A DNA stretch of 38,496 bases from assembly GCA_021814355.1 (NCBI GenBank), contig JAKAIJ010000002.1, positions 1-38,496 on the forward strand, in the 5' to 3' direction. Position numbers and translations under genes: made by a program. This DNA is from Acidobacteriota bacterium (lineage in GTDB: Bacteria > Acidobacteriota > UBA4820 > DSQY01). The notes beneath the pieces were generated by a model that was given only the letters and a program-made list of their open reading frames with translations, was not told where the DNA came from and did not search any database. Below are positions 25,233 to 35,677 of this stretch, piece by piece (positions within the stretch are counted from its first letter, which is position 1; every line of letters starts with the position of its first letter).

Positions 25233-26510
25233 GTGAGCAGGGAGACCCTGGCCTATTTGGACCTCGGCGGAGCTGTCCGGGAGGGGGACCTCGCCTGCCG
25301 GTTCCGCGTGCGCCCCGCGGCGGGCGGCAGCCTCGAGAAGGCCGCCAACGCCCTGGCTGCCGAGTCCTCCATCGGCACGTGGACCGAAGTGGCCACGCTC
25401 TCCGGCGGCCTGCGCGACCGGCTGCGGGCCCGCGTGGTGGCTCTCGAGGGCGACCAGGCGACGATCGCCTACGCCGCGGAGCTCTTCGAGGGCGGAAACA
25501 TGGCCCAGGTCTACTCCAGCGTGGCGGGGAACATCTTCGGCATGAAGGAGGTTGACGCCCTCAGGCTAGAGGCGGTGCGGTTCCCCCCCGGGCTGGTGCG
25601 CAGCTTCCCGGGCCCCGCGCGTGGCGTGGCGGGCATCCGGAAAGCCCTCGGCGTGACCGGCCGACCGCTCGTGGGGACGATCGTGAAGCCCAAGATCGGG
25701 CTTCCCCCGGCCGAGCAGGCGGCGGTGGTCTACGAGGCCATGGCCGCGGGGTGCGACGTGGTGAAGGACGACGAGAACCTCACGTCCCAGACGTTCTGCC
25801 CCTTCGAGGAGCGCCTCCGCGCCTGCCTGGACGCGGCGAGGCGGGCGGAGGACGAGACGGGCCTGCCCAAGGGCTACATCCCCAACGTGACCGCCCCCAC
25901 CGAGATCATGCTGCGGCGGGCGGGGCTCGTGGCCCACCTGGGGGGCCGCATCGCCATGGTGGACCTCGTGACCGTGGGATGGTCCGGCGTCCAGAGCCTC
26001 CGCAACGCGGGGCTCGACCTCATCCTTCACGGCCACCGCGCCATGCACGCTGCCTTCACGAGGGACCCGTCCCACGGCATCGCCATGGCGGTGCTGGCCC
26101 GGTCGGCCCGGCTGGCGGGCGTGGACCAGCTCCACGTGGGCACGGTGGTGGGCAAGATGGAGGGCCCGGCGCACGAGGTGGCGCGCAGTGCCGCCGCGCT
26201 TCTCACGACGGGGGCGGAGCCGGGCGGGGGCGCAGACGGCCAGGAATGGACGGGCGTCGCGCCGGCGCTGCCCGTCGCCTCGGGGGGGCTGCACCCCGGC
26301 CACGTTCCCGCGGTGGTTGGTCTCTTGGGACGGGACGTGGTCCTCCAATTCGGCGGCGGAATCCACGGCCACCCCGGCGGCACCCGGGCGGGGACCCGCG
26401 CGGCGCGCCAGGCCGTGGACGCGGTAATGGCCGGTGCGAGCCTGCGCGAGGCGGCCCGGAGCGCCCCCGAACTGGCCGCGGCGCTCGAGCGGTGGGGGGA
26501 CGCGGCGTGA
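25233..26510 (+). CDS. rbcL: ribulose-1,5-bisphosphate carboxylase large subunit, form III-like (no small subunit gene)
   Basis: Frame of ORF 25131..26510, GTG 25233 preceded by AAGGGAGG. Catalytic signature is complete: GTIVKPKIG (K175/K177), VVKDDEN (K201, D203, E204), HGHRAMHA (H294, R295), LHVGTVVGKMEG (H327, K334), ASGG and FGGGIHGHPGG. Confidence 0.88.
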   Translation: MSRETLAYLDLGGAVREGDLACRFRVRPAAGGSLEKAANALAAESSIGTWTEVATLSGGLRDRLRARVVALEGDQATIAYAAELFEGGNMAQVYSSVAGNIFGMKEVDALRLEAVRFPPGLVRSFPGPARGVAGIRKALGVTGRPLVGTIVKPKIGLPPAEQAAVVYEAMAAGCDVVKDDENLTSQTFCPFEERLRACLDAARRAEDETGLPKGYIPNVTAPTEIMLRRAGLVAHLGGRIAMVDLVTVGWSGVQSLRNAGLDLILHGHRAMHAAFTRDPSHGIAMAVLARSARLAGVDQLHVGTVVGKMEGPAHEVARSAAALLTTGAEPGGGADGQEWTGVAPALPVASGGLHPGHVPAVVGLLGRDVVLQFGGGIHGHPGGTRAGTRAARQAVDAVMAGASLREAARSAPELAAALERWGDAA

Positions 26511-28300
26511 GGCAGCTGGTGCTCTTCTCCCGGGATTTGCGTGCGCCGGACCTCTGCACCTCCTTCCTGCCGCCCGGCTGGAGGATCGTCTCGGTGCAGA
26601 ACGCCGAGGACGCCCTGACCACCCTCCACGGAGTCAGCCCCGACCTCTTCATCCTGGACGGCGACCCCGAGGAGATGCCCGGCGGCCAGTTCGTCCGCCT
26701 GGCCTGGGAGCGCATGGGCCTCATGCCTCCCGTGCTCTTCGCCCCGGAGGCGCCGCTCCCGTCCGAGGAGGCGGCGGCGCTCGAGGGCGTGGGCGTCATG
26801 AAGGTCCTGAAGCATCCGCTGGAGGGAGCCGAGTTGGAGATGGCCCTGGCTCCATTCCTGGTGCCGCCCGTCCTGCCGGCCATGCGGATCACCGAGCTGC
26901 TGGCCTCGGCCCTCAAGGACACGGAGAGCCGCCACATCTGGTTCGCCCCCGGCGGGGCGCCCATGGGCCTTCTTCTGGGCGGCGGCTACATCGAGGCCCT
27001 GGTCCACGCCTCGTTCCGGGACCTCTGGCGGGCCCGCCTCACCCAGGCCGGGTACGCGCTCCCGCCGATGCGGGGGGAGGTCCTCGACGACCTAGTCTTC
27101 CTGGAGGCGGAGCTCCCCAAGAACGACCCGGAGCTCCTGGCGCTGAAGCAGCAGGCGCTCGCGCTCTGCCTCCAGTCCGTGCCCCCCTCCCAGATCCTCA
27201 AGCTCCAGGAGCGGCGGGGCCTCTCCCGCAACCCCCTCCTCCCGGTGCCCATCCCTTCCCTGCTCCCCATGCTCGTAGAGCGCCTGCCCGAGGCGGACCT
27301 GGCCCCGCTGAAGGAGCCCTCCGTCTCCGTGGTGAAGAAGCAGGGGGCCGACCTGACGGGCTTCCACCTGACCCCCCAGGAGGGGTACATGCTCTACCAG
27401 TGCGAGCAGCCGGTGCGCGTCTCCCGGCTCCTCCAGGCGGGGGCCGTGCCCGAGGGCCAGGCCCTCAAGACCCTCTTCCTCCTCCTGTTGCTGGGTGCGG
27501 TGGAGACCCGACCCGACGCCGGCGAACCGGTGCGGCTTGCCCTGCTCCAGGAGAATATCGAGAAGGAGCAACGGGTCATCTCGCTTCAGTCCACCGTCAT
27601 CGAGAGCCTGGTGGCATCCTTCAACGCCCCCGGGCTCAACCCGCGCCAGATTCTGGGGGTGGCCCAGAACGCCGGGATGGAGACCATCACGCAGGTCCAC
27701 GACACGCTCCACGCCCGCCTGAACCCGGACCTCCTCCACCCGGAGGTGCGCCAGAGGTACGTGAAGGACCTGCTCTACCTCCGGGCAAAGCTCAGCGAGG
27801 CCTACCTCATGCTCCAGGCCTCGGCCATCGAGGAGAAGCACCAGGAGCGGGCCGCGGGCCTCACCGCGGAGGTGGAGGCCCGCCGCATCGGCGACGTCAA
27901 GACCGCCGTCCAGAAGGTCGGCGAGGCCCACCAGCGGGAATGCGAGAGGCTCTTCCGCTATGCCGAGGAGCTCTACAGGCAGGAGCAGGTCTACGAGTGC
28001 ACGCAATACCTCAAGCTGGCCCTCTTCCACAACCCCGGCTCGGCCCCCTGCCACCAGCTGATGGGCAAGATCCTGGCCACCAACCCCAACGCCCGCTCCA
28101 AGCACCAGGCCGAGAGAGAGTTTCTCCAAGCCGTCGAGCTGGACCCCTGGGAGATCGGCTACCTGCTCGACCTTGCCCAGTTCTATCTGGACCAGGGGCT
28201 CGTGGCGCGCTGCAAGACCTATCTCGAAAGCGCCCAGAAGCTTAGCCCAAAGGACCCGCGGGTGCAGAGCATCCGTTCTAGCCTTCGGCAGAGGGAATAA
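26507..28300 (+). CDS. receiver-like / DUF4388-like / degenerate J-like / TPR protein, start/stop-overlapped with rbcL
   Basis: Frame of ORF 25751..28300. The proposed GTG 26507 overlaps the rbcL TGA (GTGA), with GGTGGGGGG upstream. N-terminal CheY-like fold pattern (LVLFSRD...DLFILDGD...VMKVLKHP). J-like segment ILGVAQNAGMETITQVHDTLHARLNPDLLHPE lacks HPD. C-terminal TPRs (YECTQYLKLALFHNP, YLLDLAQFYLDQG). The start codon is uncertain. Confidence 0.6.
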   Translation: MRQLVLFSRDLRAPDLCTSFLPPGWRIVSVQNAEDALTTLHGVSPDLFILDGDPEEMPGGQFVRLAWERMGLMPPVLFAPEAPLPSEEAAALEGVGVMKVLKHPLEGAELEMALAPFLVPPVLPAMRITELLASALKDTESRHIWFAPGGAPMGLLLGGGYIEALVHASFRDLWRARLTQAGYALPPMRGEVLDDLVFLEAELPKNDPELLALKQQALALCLQSVPPSQILKLQERRGLSRNPLLPVPIPSLLPMLVERLPEADLAPLKEPSVSVVKKQGADLTGFHLTPQEGYMLYQCEQPVRVSRLLQAGAVPEGQALKTLFLLLLLGAVETRPDAGEPVRLALLQENIEKEQRVISLQSTVIESLVASFNAPGLNPRQILGVAQNAGMETITQVHDTLHARLNPDLLHPEVRQRYVKDLLYLRAKLSEAYLMLQASAIEEKHQERAAGLTAEVEARRIGDVKTAVQKVGEAHQRECERLFRYAEELYRQEQVYECTQYLKLALFHNPGSAPCHQLMGKILATNPNARSKHQAEREFLQAVELDPWEIGYLLDLAQFYLDQGLVARCKTYLESAQKLSPKDPRVQSIRSSLRQRE

Positions 28301-28337
28301 GTTTGCAGTGCTAAAGCCATGGGGGGGCGCGGAAAAC

Positions 28338-28366
28338 TTGACTTTTGGAAAGCCGTTCTATAAACT
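28338..28366 (+). promoter_or_regulatory. candidate sigma-70 promoter for the LysM gene
   Basis: TTGACT (28338-28343), 17-nt spacer, TAAACT (28361-28366). The alternative -10 is TATAAA at 28359-28364 with a 15-nt spacer. It lies about 40 nt upstream of ATG 28406. Confidence 0.4.
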
Positions 28367-28405
28367 CCATGAGAGACGGTGTCTCGCGTGAGAGGGGAGA
28401 GAGCG

Positions 28406-29809
28406 ATGCGAATCCGCAGAGGGAACTGGTGGTTCGTGCTTCCAGCCCTGTTCGCCTTGGCGTGGTGCCCGGCCCTCTTTGGCCAGGAGAAGGCCCCCGT
28501 GAAGTCCAAGGACCAGGCCGCCGCGCAGGTGCCGCCGGAGGTGTCCCAGAAGGCGAAAGAGTACAAGGGTTCGCCGACGCCGCCCAAGGGGCTCGCGAAG
28601 CAGTCCGATGGACACTGGACTCCCTACACTCCCCCGGAGAAGCCCAAGGAGGGCGAAGTCTACACCATCGTGGCGGGGGACACCCTCTCCGGCATCGCCC
28701 AGCAGAAGCTCGGCACCTGGCTCCTCTGGCCGCAGATCTGGGACGCCAACCCCTACATCAAGGACGCCCACTGGATCTATCCCGGTGACCCGCTTTTGAT
28801 CAAGACCCCCAAGGTCGTGGGCGGGGAGGAGCTCTCGATGGAGGAGGAGGCCGGGCGCGCACGCGCGGGCAAGCTCCTGCTCGACGAAGAGTCCCCCATG
28901 CCGCCGGTGAACGCGCATGACGTCTACTGCTCGGGGTTCATCTCCCCGAGCTTCGGCCTCGGGGCCCTCAAGATCACCTCGGGTCCCAACCGGATGCGGG
29001 AGTCGCTGTCGGAGGGGGACGTGGTCTACCTGAACGGCGGCACCGCGGGCGGTGTGGAGAACGGCAGCGAGTTCTTCGTCCTGGCCAAGGGGCAGGTGGT
29101 CCACCACCCCGAGACCGGCCGCCCGCTGGGCAACCTCTACTCCCGCATCGGCCGGGTGAAGGTCATCTCCGCCCAGGAGCGCTCCTCCATCGCCCAGATC
29201 GTCCAGTCCTGCGACGAGATCCGGTACGGAGCCGCCCTCGTGCCCTACCGGCCCATCCCGATCCCGTGGAACATCGAGGCTTCCAAGGAGCTCCCGGTGT
29301 ACCTCCCCGACTCCCCCAAGTTCACCGGCCGGGTCGTCTGGACCGCGGACCGGCTCGAGAGCGCCGGGCGCAGCAGCATCATCTACACCGACCTTGGGAC
29401 CAACCAGAAGCTGGCCCCCGGCGACAAGCTCTGGGTCTACCGCTACCCCACCTCCGAGGACACCCTCGTCAACAGCATCACCGACCTCTACCGCGAACAG
29501 AAGATTGACGTGGAGGGACGCGACCTCTACCGCGAAGGGAAGCACGACGAGGCCGCCGCCCTCGCTTCGGACACGCGGTTCCCCCAGGGGACCACGGAAG
29601 TCGCGGCCGCCTCCGGGGGCTCCGCCGCGGCGGGAGGCGATACGCGGCTCCCCGCGGGCTCCGGGGCCGCCATGGCCCAGACCGCATCGGGGTACAAGAA
29701 GTACCTGGGCGAGGCGGTGGTGATCACGGTGGACGCCAACACCGCCTGCCTGAAGGTTCTTCTCAGCGCCGAGGAGATCCACATCGGGGACCGGGTGCAG
29801 GTCGAGTAA
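28406..29809 (+). CDS. secreted LysM domain protein
   Basis: Frame of ORF 28379..29809, ATG 28406 preceded by GAGGGGAGAG. Signal peptide MRIRRGNWWFVLPALFALAWCPALFG. LysM motif YTIVAGDTLSGIAQQKLGTWLLWPQIWDANPYIKDAHWIYPGDPLLI. Confidence 0.8.
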   Translation: MRIRRGNWWFVLPALFALAWCPALFGQEKAPVKSKDQAAAQVPPEVSQKAKEYKGSPTPPKGLAKQSDGHWTPYTPPEKPKEGEVYTIVAGDTLSGIAQQKLGTWLLWPQIWDANPYIKDAHWIYPGDPLLIKTPKVVGGEELSMEEEAGRARAGKLLLDEESPMPPVNAHDVYCSGFISPSFGLGALKITSGPNRMRESLSEGDVVYLNGGTAGGVENGSEFFVLAKGQVVHHPETGRPLGNLYSRIGRVKVISAQERSSIAQIVQSCDEIRYGAALVPYRPIPIPWNIEASKELPVYLPDSPKFTGRVVWTADRLESAGRSSIIYTDLGTNQKLAPGDKLWVYRYPTSEDTLVNSITDLYREQKIDVEGRDLYREGKHDEAAALASDTRFPQGTTEVAAASGGSAAAGGDTRLPAGSGAAMAQTASGYKKYLGEAVVITVDANTACLKVLLSAEEIHIGDRVQVE

Positions 29810-29834
29810 GCGGTCCGGGCGGACGAGAGCGGAA

Positions 29835-29866
29835 GGGCGGCCTCACGGCCGCCCTTTTTGTTTTTT
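29835..29866 (+). terminator. rho-independent terminator after the LysM gene
   Basis: gggcggcc (29835-29842), loop tcac, ggccgccc (29847-29854), followed by tttttgtttttt (29855-29866). It sits between convergent genes. Confidence 0.75.
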
Positions 29867-29903
29867 CGCCGTTTCTCCCGCGGGGGGCGCTCGGCGCGCG
29901 CGG

Positions 29904-31100
29904 TCAGCGCGCGCGCGTGAGCACGGCCACCCCGGGCAGATCGTCGCCCGCGAGCAGCTCGAGAGACGCCCCGCCGCCGGTGGAGATGTGCGACACCCGG
30001 TCGGCCACGCCGGCGGCGTGGAGGGCGGCTACCGAATCTCCTCCGCCCACGACGGTCAGCGCCGAGGAGTCGGCCAGCGCGCGGGCCACCGCCATGGTCC
30101 CCTCGCGGAAGGCCTTGCGCTCGAAGACGCCCATCGGGCCGTTCCAGAGGACGGTCCGGGCGAGGGCCACGGCCGCGGCGTACGCCCCGGCGGTGGAGGG
30201 GCCGATGTCCAGGCCCACCAACCCGCCGGGGATCTCGCGGCTGGCCACGGGGCGGGCGCCCGCCTCATCCTCGATGCCCGAAGAGACGACATGGTCCTCG
30301 GGGAGATGGACGGTCACCCTCCGCTCGGCGGCCCGGGCGAGGATGGCCGCGGCGGTCTCCACCTGGTCCGCCTCCACCCGGGAGGCCCCCGTCGCCACCC
30401 CCCGGGCGGCCAGGAAGGTGTAGGCCATGGCGCCGCCGATGCAGAGGGCGTCCACCTGCTCGACCAGGCTGCGCAGGACCGGGATCTTGTCCGAGACCTT
30501 GGCGCCACCGAGGAGGGCCAGGTAGGGCCTCTCGGGATGGCCGAGCTTCCCAAGGAGGTAGGTGAGCTCGCGCTCGAGCAGGAAGCCCATGGCGACCTGG
30601 CCGTAGCGCCGGGGGAGGGCGAAGACCGAGGCGTGGGGCCGGTGGGCCGCGCCGAAAGCGTCATTCACGTAGAGGTCCGGGGCGAGGCGCTGGAGGGCCT
30701 CGGCGAGCGCCGCGTCGCCCTCGGTCTCGCCGGGCTCGAACCGGACGTTTTCCAGGAGCAAGAGCTCGCCCTCCTTCAGCGCCGCCGCCTTGGCGCGGGC
30801 GTCCGGGCCCGCCACGTCGGAGGCGAGAGCCACGGTCCGCCCCGGCAGCAGGGCGGCGAGCCGCTGGGCCACGGGGGCCAGCGAGAGGGAGGAGACCACC
30901 CGCCCCTTGGGGCGGCCCAGGTGCGAGCAGGCCACGACCGCCGCGCCGCCGTCGAGCAGGAACCGGATCGTGTCCACGGCGGACCGGATGCGCGTGTCGT
31001 CGGTGATCCGCCCCTCCTTCACCGGGACGTTGAGGTCCACCCGCAGGAAGGTCCTCCGGCCGCGCAGGGGCACGTCGCGCACGCTCAGGAATTTCTCCAT
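29904..31100 (-). CDS. pgk: phosphoglycerate kinase
   Basis: 398-aa ORF. Motifs RVDLNVPV, CSHLGRPKG, NDAFGAAHR, GGAKVSDK and STGGGA. Confidence 0.95.
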   Translation of the reverse strand: MEKFLSVRDVPLRGRRTFLRVDLNVPVKEGRITDDTRIRSAVDTIRFLLDGGAAVVACSHLGRPKGRVVSSLSLAPVAQRLAALLPGRTVALASDVAGPDARAKAAALKEGELLLLENVRFEPGETEGDAALAEALQRLAPDLYVNDAFGAAHRPHASVFALPRRYGQVAMGFLLERELTYLLGKLGHPERPYLALLGGAKVSDKIPVLRSLVEQVDALCIGGAMAYTFLAARGVATGASRVEADQVETAAAILARAAERRVTVHLPEDHVVSSGIEDEAGARPVASREIPGGLVGLDIGPSTAGAYAAAVALARTVLWNGPMGVFERKAFREGTMAVARALADSSALTVVGGGDSVAALHAAGVADRVSHISTGGGASLELLAGDDLPGVAVLTRAR

Positions 31101-31113
31101 CGTCTCCTCCCTG

Positions 31114-32097
31114 TCAGATGCGGTCTCTGAGCCAGGCGAGCAGGTCCACGAGGCGCATCACGTAGCCGCGTTCGTTGTCGTACCAGGCGATGAGCCGGAT
31201 CATCGTCCCCTGCACGGCCGTGAGCGGGGCGTCCACCACGGCGGAGAAGGGCGACCCGAGGAAGTCCTGGGAGACGAGCTCCTGCCGGGAGAGGCCGAGG
31301 ACCCCCGAGAGAGCGCCGGAGGCGGCCGCCTCCAGCGCCCCGTTCACCGCCTCGGGTTCCGCAGGGGGCCGCTCCGCCTCGACCACGAGCTCGGTCAGGG
31401 AGACGGCGGGGGCCGGGACCCGCACCGCCATCCCGCGCACGCGCCCCTTGAGCTCCTGGAGGACGGACTCCACCGCCAGCGACGCGCTGGTCGTCGTGGG
31501 AATCATGTTCAGCGCCCCCGCCCGGGCGCGCCGCAGGTCGTCGCGCGGGGCGTCCACGAGGGTCTGGCCCACGTTGTAGCAGTGGACGGTGTTGAAGAGG
31601 ACGGCACGGGCGCCGAAGGCCCGGTGCAGGACGCTCAGGGGGGGCACGACGCAGTGGGTCGTACAGGAGGTGGCCGAGAGGAGGCGATCCTCAGGGCGGA
31701 TCGTGCCGTGGTTCACGCCGAAGACCACCTGCCGGTCCACTTCCCGGCTGGAGGCCGTCAACAGGACGGGGCGGCCGTGGCCCGAGAGGGAGAGCCGGTC
31801 CTTGAACCGTCCCGTAGCCTCCACGACCCACTCCACCCCGTGCTCGCCCCAGGGGATCTGGTCCGGGCGCTCGCCCGCGAGGCACGGGAGATCGAGCCCG
31901 CCGAGCCGGAGGCGCCCCGGACCGGCCTCGACGGGGGTGCCCCAGGGGCCGTAGTAGGAGTCGTGGGCGAGGAGGTGGGCCAGGGTGGCCGGGCGGGCCA
32001 CATCGTTGACCGCGGCCACTTCGAGGCCGGGGAGCCCCGCCAGGGCCTTGAAGAGGCCCCGGCCGATGCGGCCCATGCCGTTGATGCCGATGCGCAC
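31114..32097 (-). CDS. gap: glyceraldehyde-3-phosphate dehydrogenase
   Basis: 327-aa ORF. Motifs MRIGINGMGRIGR, catalytic SCTTHC and C-terminal WYDNERGY. Confidence 0.95.
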   Translation of the reverse strand: MRIGINGMGRIGRGLFKALAGLPGLEVAAVNDVARPATLAHLLAHDSYYGPWGTPVEAGPGRLRLGGLDLPCLAGERPDQIPWGEHGVEWVVEATGRFKDRLSLSGHGRPVLLTASSREVDRQVVFGVNHGTIRPEDRLLSATSCTTHCVVPPLSVLHRAFGARAVLFNTVHCYNVGQTLVDAPRDDLRRARAGALNMIPTTTSASLAVESVLQELKGRVRGMAVRVPAPAVSLTELVVEAERPPAEPEAVNGALEAAASGALSGVLGLSRQELVSQDFLGSPFSAVVDAPLTAVQGTMIRLIAWYDNERGYVMRLVDLLAWLRDRI

Positions 32098-32119
32098 GGG
32101 CTGGGTCCCCCGGCGGGTC

Positions 32120-32956
32120 TCAGCGGACCGAGACCGTGACGGCGTTGACGGATTCCCCCACCGCGATGGTGATCTGGGCCGCGCCGCGGGAGACCCCCGT
32201 GACGGTGCCCTTTTCGTCCACCGCGGCCACCTTGGGGTTGGAGGAGGTGAAGGTCGGCGTGGCCGTCATGGGAGACCCGGCGTTGGAGAGGACCGTGAAG
32301 GCGAGGGGGGCCGATTCGCCCATCTTGAGGGAGAGGGCCGGCTGGTCGAGCTTGATGGCCATGGGGACCAGGATCGCGACCGGGACGGAAAAGGTGCACG
32401 CGGCGGCCTTGCCGTAGCGGACGGAGATCTCGGTCTTTCCGTTGGAGAGCAGGGTCAGGACCCCCTTGTTGTCCACGGTGGCCACCTTGGGGTCGCTCGA
32501 GCTCCAGGCGGCCTTGGAGAGGTCCGCGGGTTGGCCCGCCTCGTCGGTGGCGGTCACCTTGAGGGCGTAGGTGCTGTTCGCGGGGCCCGCGGCGGCGGTG
32601 TCCGCCTCCTGGGCGAGCCCGAGCTTGATGGACTGGACGATGCGCACGGTGACCGGCACGCGCGCGGCGACCTGCTCGCAGGTGACGACGATCTCCGCGT
32701 CCCCCGATCCGTAGGCGGAGACCTTGCCGCTCGCGTCCACGTCCGCCACCGCGGACTTGGTGCTCGAGTAGGCGACCGCGGCCTTCATGGGGTTGCCCTT
32801 GGCGTCCTGCACAGTGGCCGAAAGCTGGGCGGTGGCGCCGGCGTCCCTCAGCTCCACCTTGGGGGGACTCACCTGGATTTTAGCCGGCTTCGCGCACGCC
32901 GCGAAACCGAGGAGGACCACCGCCGCAAGACCTGCCGCCATCGCCCGGGAGCGCAT
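32120..32956 (-). CDS. lipoprotein with tandem bacterial Ig-like (Big_2-type) domains
   Basis: Frame of ORF 32120..33148, start moved to ATG 32954-32956, preceded by AAGGAGG. Lipobox LLGFAAC. Repeated beta-rich modules (ATVQDAKGNPM, SSSDPKVATVDNKGVLT, TSSNPKVAAVDEKGTVTGVSRGAAQITI). It ends 22 nt upstream of gap. Confidence 0.7.
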   Translation of the reverse strand: MRSRAMAAGLAAVVLLGFAACAKPAKIQVSPPKVELRDAGATAQLSATVQDAKGNPMKAAVAYSSTKSAVADVDASGKVSAYGSGDAEIVVTCEQVAARVPVTVRIVQSIKLGLAQEADTAAAGPANSTYALKVTATDEAGQPADLSKAAWSSSDPKVATVDNKGVLTLLSNGKTEISVRYGKAAACTFSVPVAILVPMAIKLDQPALSLKMGESAPLAFTVLSNAGSPMTATPTFTSSNPKVAAVDEKGTVTGVSRGAAQITIAVGESVNAVTVSVR

Positions 32957-33228
32957 CCTGGAGCCTCCTTCGTGAAAAGGGCGCGGCCGTCCGGCCCGCG
33001 GGCCGGGTTCGGCGCCGCGCCGGACCCGCCCGTATTGTCCCGCCGCCCTCCTCCCGAAGTCAAGGAAGGAGCCGCCCCCGTTCCGGCGCGAAGGAGGTGT
33101 ACGGCCCGCGTAGGTGCACGGCGCCGATCGGCTGAGGGCGAGCCGCACGATCCGGTCGCGGGAGCGGGACTCTTCGTTGGAAAGGGATTTCAGGCCTTTG
33201 TTCCAGTATAATTCAGCGAGGAGGGCTC

Positions 33229-33975
33229 ATGGCGGGAGTGGTTGCCGTCATTCCGGCACGGTACGCCTCCACCCGTTTTCCCGGCAAGCCGCTGGTCCCG
33301 CTCCTGGGCCGGCCCATGGTGGTCCGGGTCCTGGAGCGCGCCCGCCGGATTCCGGGCGTGGACCGGGTGCTCGTGGCCACGGACGACGACCGCATCGCCG
33401 CCGCGGTGCGGGGCGCGGGGGGGGAGGCGGTGATGACCCCCGCCGACTGCCCCACCGGCTCGGACCGCGCCTGCCGGGCGGTGGAGGGGCTCGCCTGCGA
33501 GGTGGTGCTCAACCTTCAGGGCGACGAGCCCGCCCTCGACCCCGCGGCGGTCGGCGCCCTCGTGGCGCTGGTCCGCTCGGACCCGGCGCTCCCCATGGCG
33601 ACCCTCGCGAGCCCGCTGCGCAGCGAAGAAGAGTTCGCCGACCCCGACGTCGTGAAGGTGGCGATAGGCGAGGAAGGGCGGTGCCTCTACTTCAGCCGCA
33701 GCCCGATCCCGTTCCTGCGGGGGGCCGCTTTCGCCGAGGCCCCGGTCTACCGTCACGTGGGGGTCTACGCCTTCCGGAGAGAGTTCCTCGCGCGCTTCGC
33801 CGCCTGGCCGCAGGGCCGCCTCGAGCGCGCCGAGTCCTTGGAGCAGCTGCGGGCCCTCGAGCGGGGCGTCCCCGTGCGGGCGGCGGTGGTGGAGTGGGCC
33901 CCCGTGGCGGTGGACACCCCCGAGGATGTCCCCCGCGCGGAGGCCGCCCTGCGCGCCCAGGGCGAGACCGGCTGA
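33229..33975 (+). CDS. kdsB: 3-deoxy-manno-octulosonate cytidylyltransferase (CMP-Kdo synthetase)
   Basis: 248-aa ORF. Motifs VIPARYASTRFPGKPL, VATDD, NLQGDEP and VGVYAFRREFL. GAGGAGGG lies upstream. Confidence 0.9.
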   Translation: MAGVVAVIPARYASTRFPGKPLVPLLGRPMVVRVLERARRIPGVDRVLVATDDDRIAAAVRGAGGEAVMTPADCPTGSDRACRAVEGLACEVVLNLQGDEPALDPAAVGALVALVRSDPALPMATLASPLRSEEEFADPDVVKVAIGEEGRCLYFSRSPIPFLRGAAFAEAPVYRHVGVYAFRREFLARFAAWPQGRLERAESLEQLRALERGVPVRAAVVEWAPVAVDTPEDVPRAEAALRAQGETG

Positions 33976-34060
33976 AGTCCGCCGGTCCGGTGGCCTCCCC
34001 CCGGGGCCCGTGATATAGTCATCTACCCGGGACATCGTTGGCTCGCAGGGAGGGAGCGGC

Positions 34061-35673
<1,613 letters not shown>

Positions 35674-35677
<4 letters not shown>

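Noticed and set aside
25233-26510. Possibility that the RuBisCO homolog is a form IV RuBisCO-like protein of methionine or sulfur salvage. The neighbouring eIF-2B-like gene could be MtnA.
   Set aside because: All carboxylase active-site residues, including the KDDE carbamylation motif, appear intact. The upstream gene is an AMP-phosphorylase-type enzyme rather than an MTA-pathway enzyme.
33207-33212. Perfect TATAAT hexamer upstream of kdsB.
   Set aside because: It ends only 16 nt before the ATG, so a transcript starting about 7 nt downstream would begin inside the GAGGAGG ribosome-binding site. There is no -35 or TG extension. It is probably fortuitous or serves another transcript.
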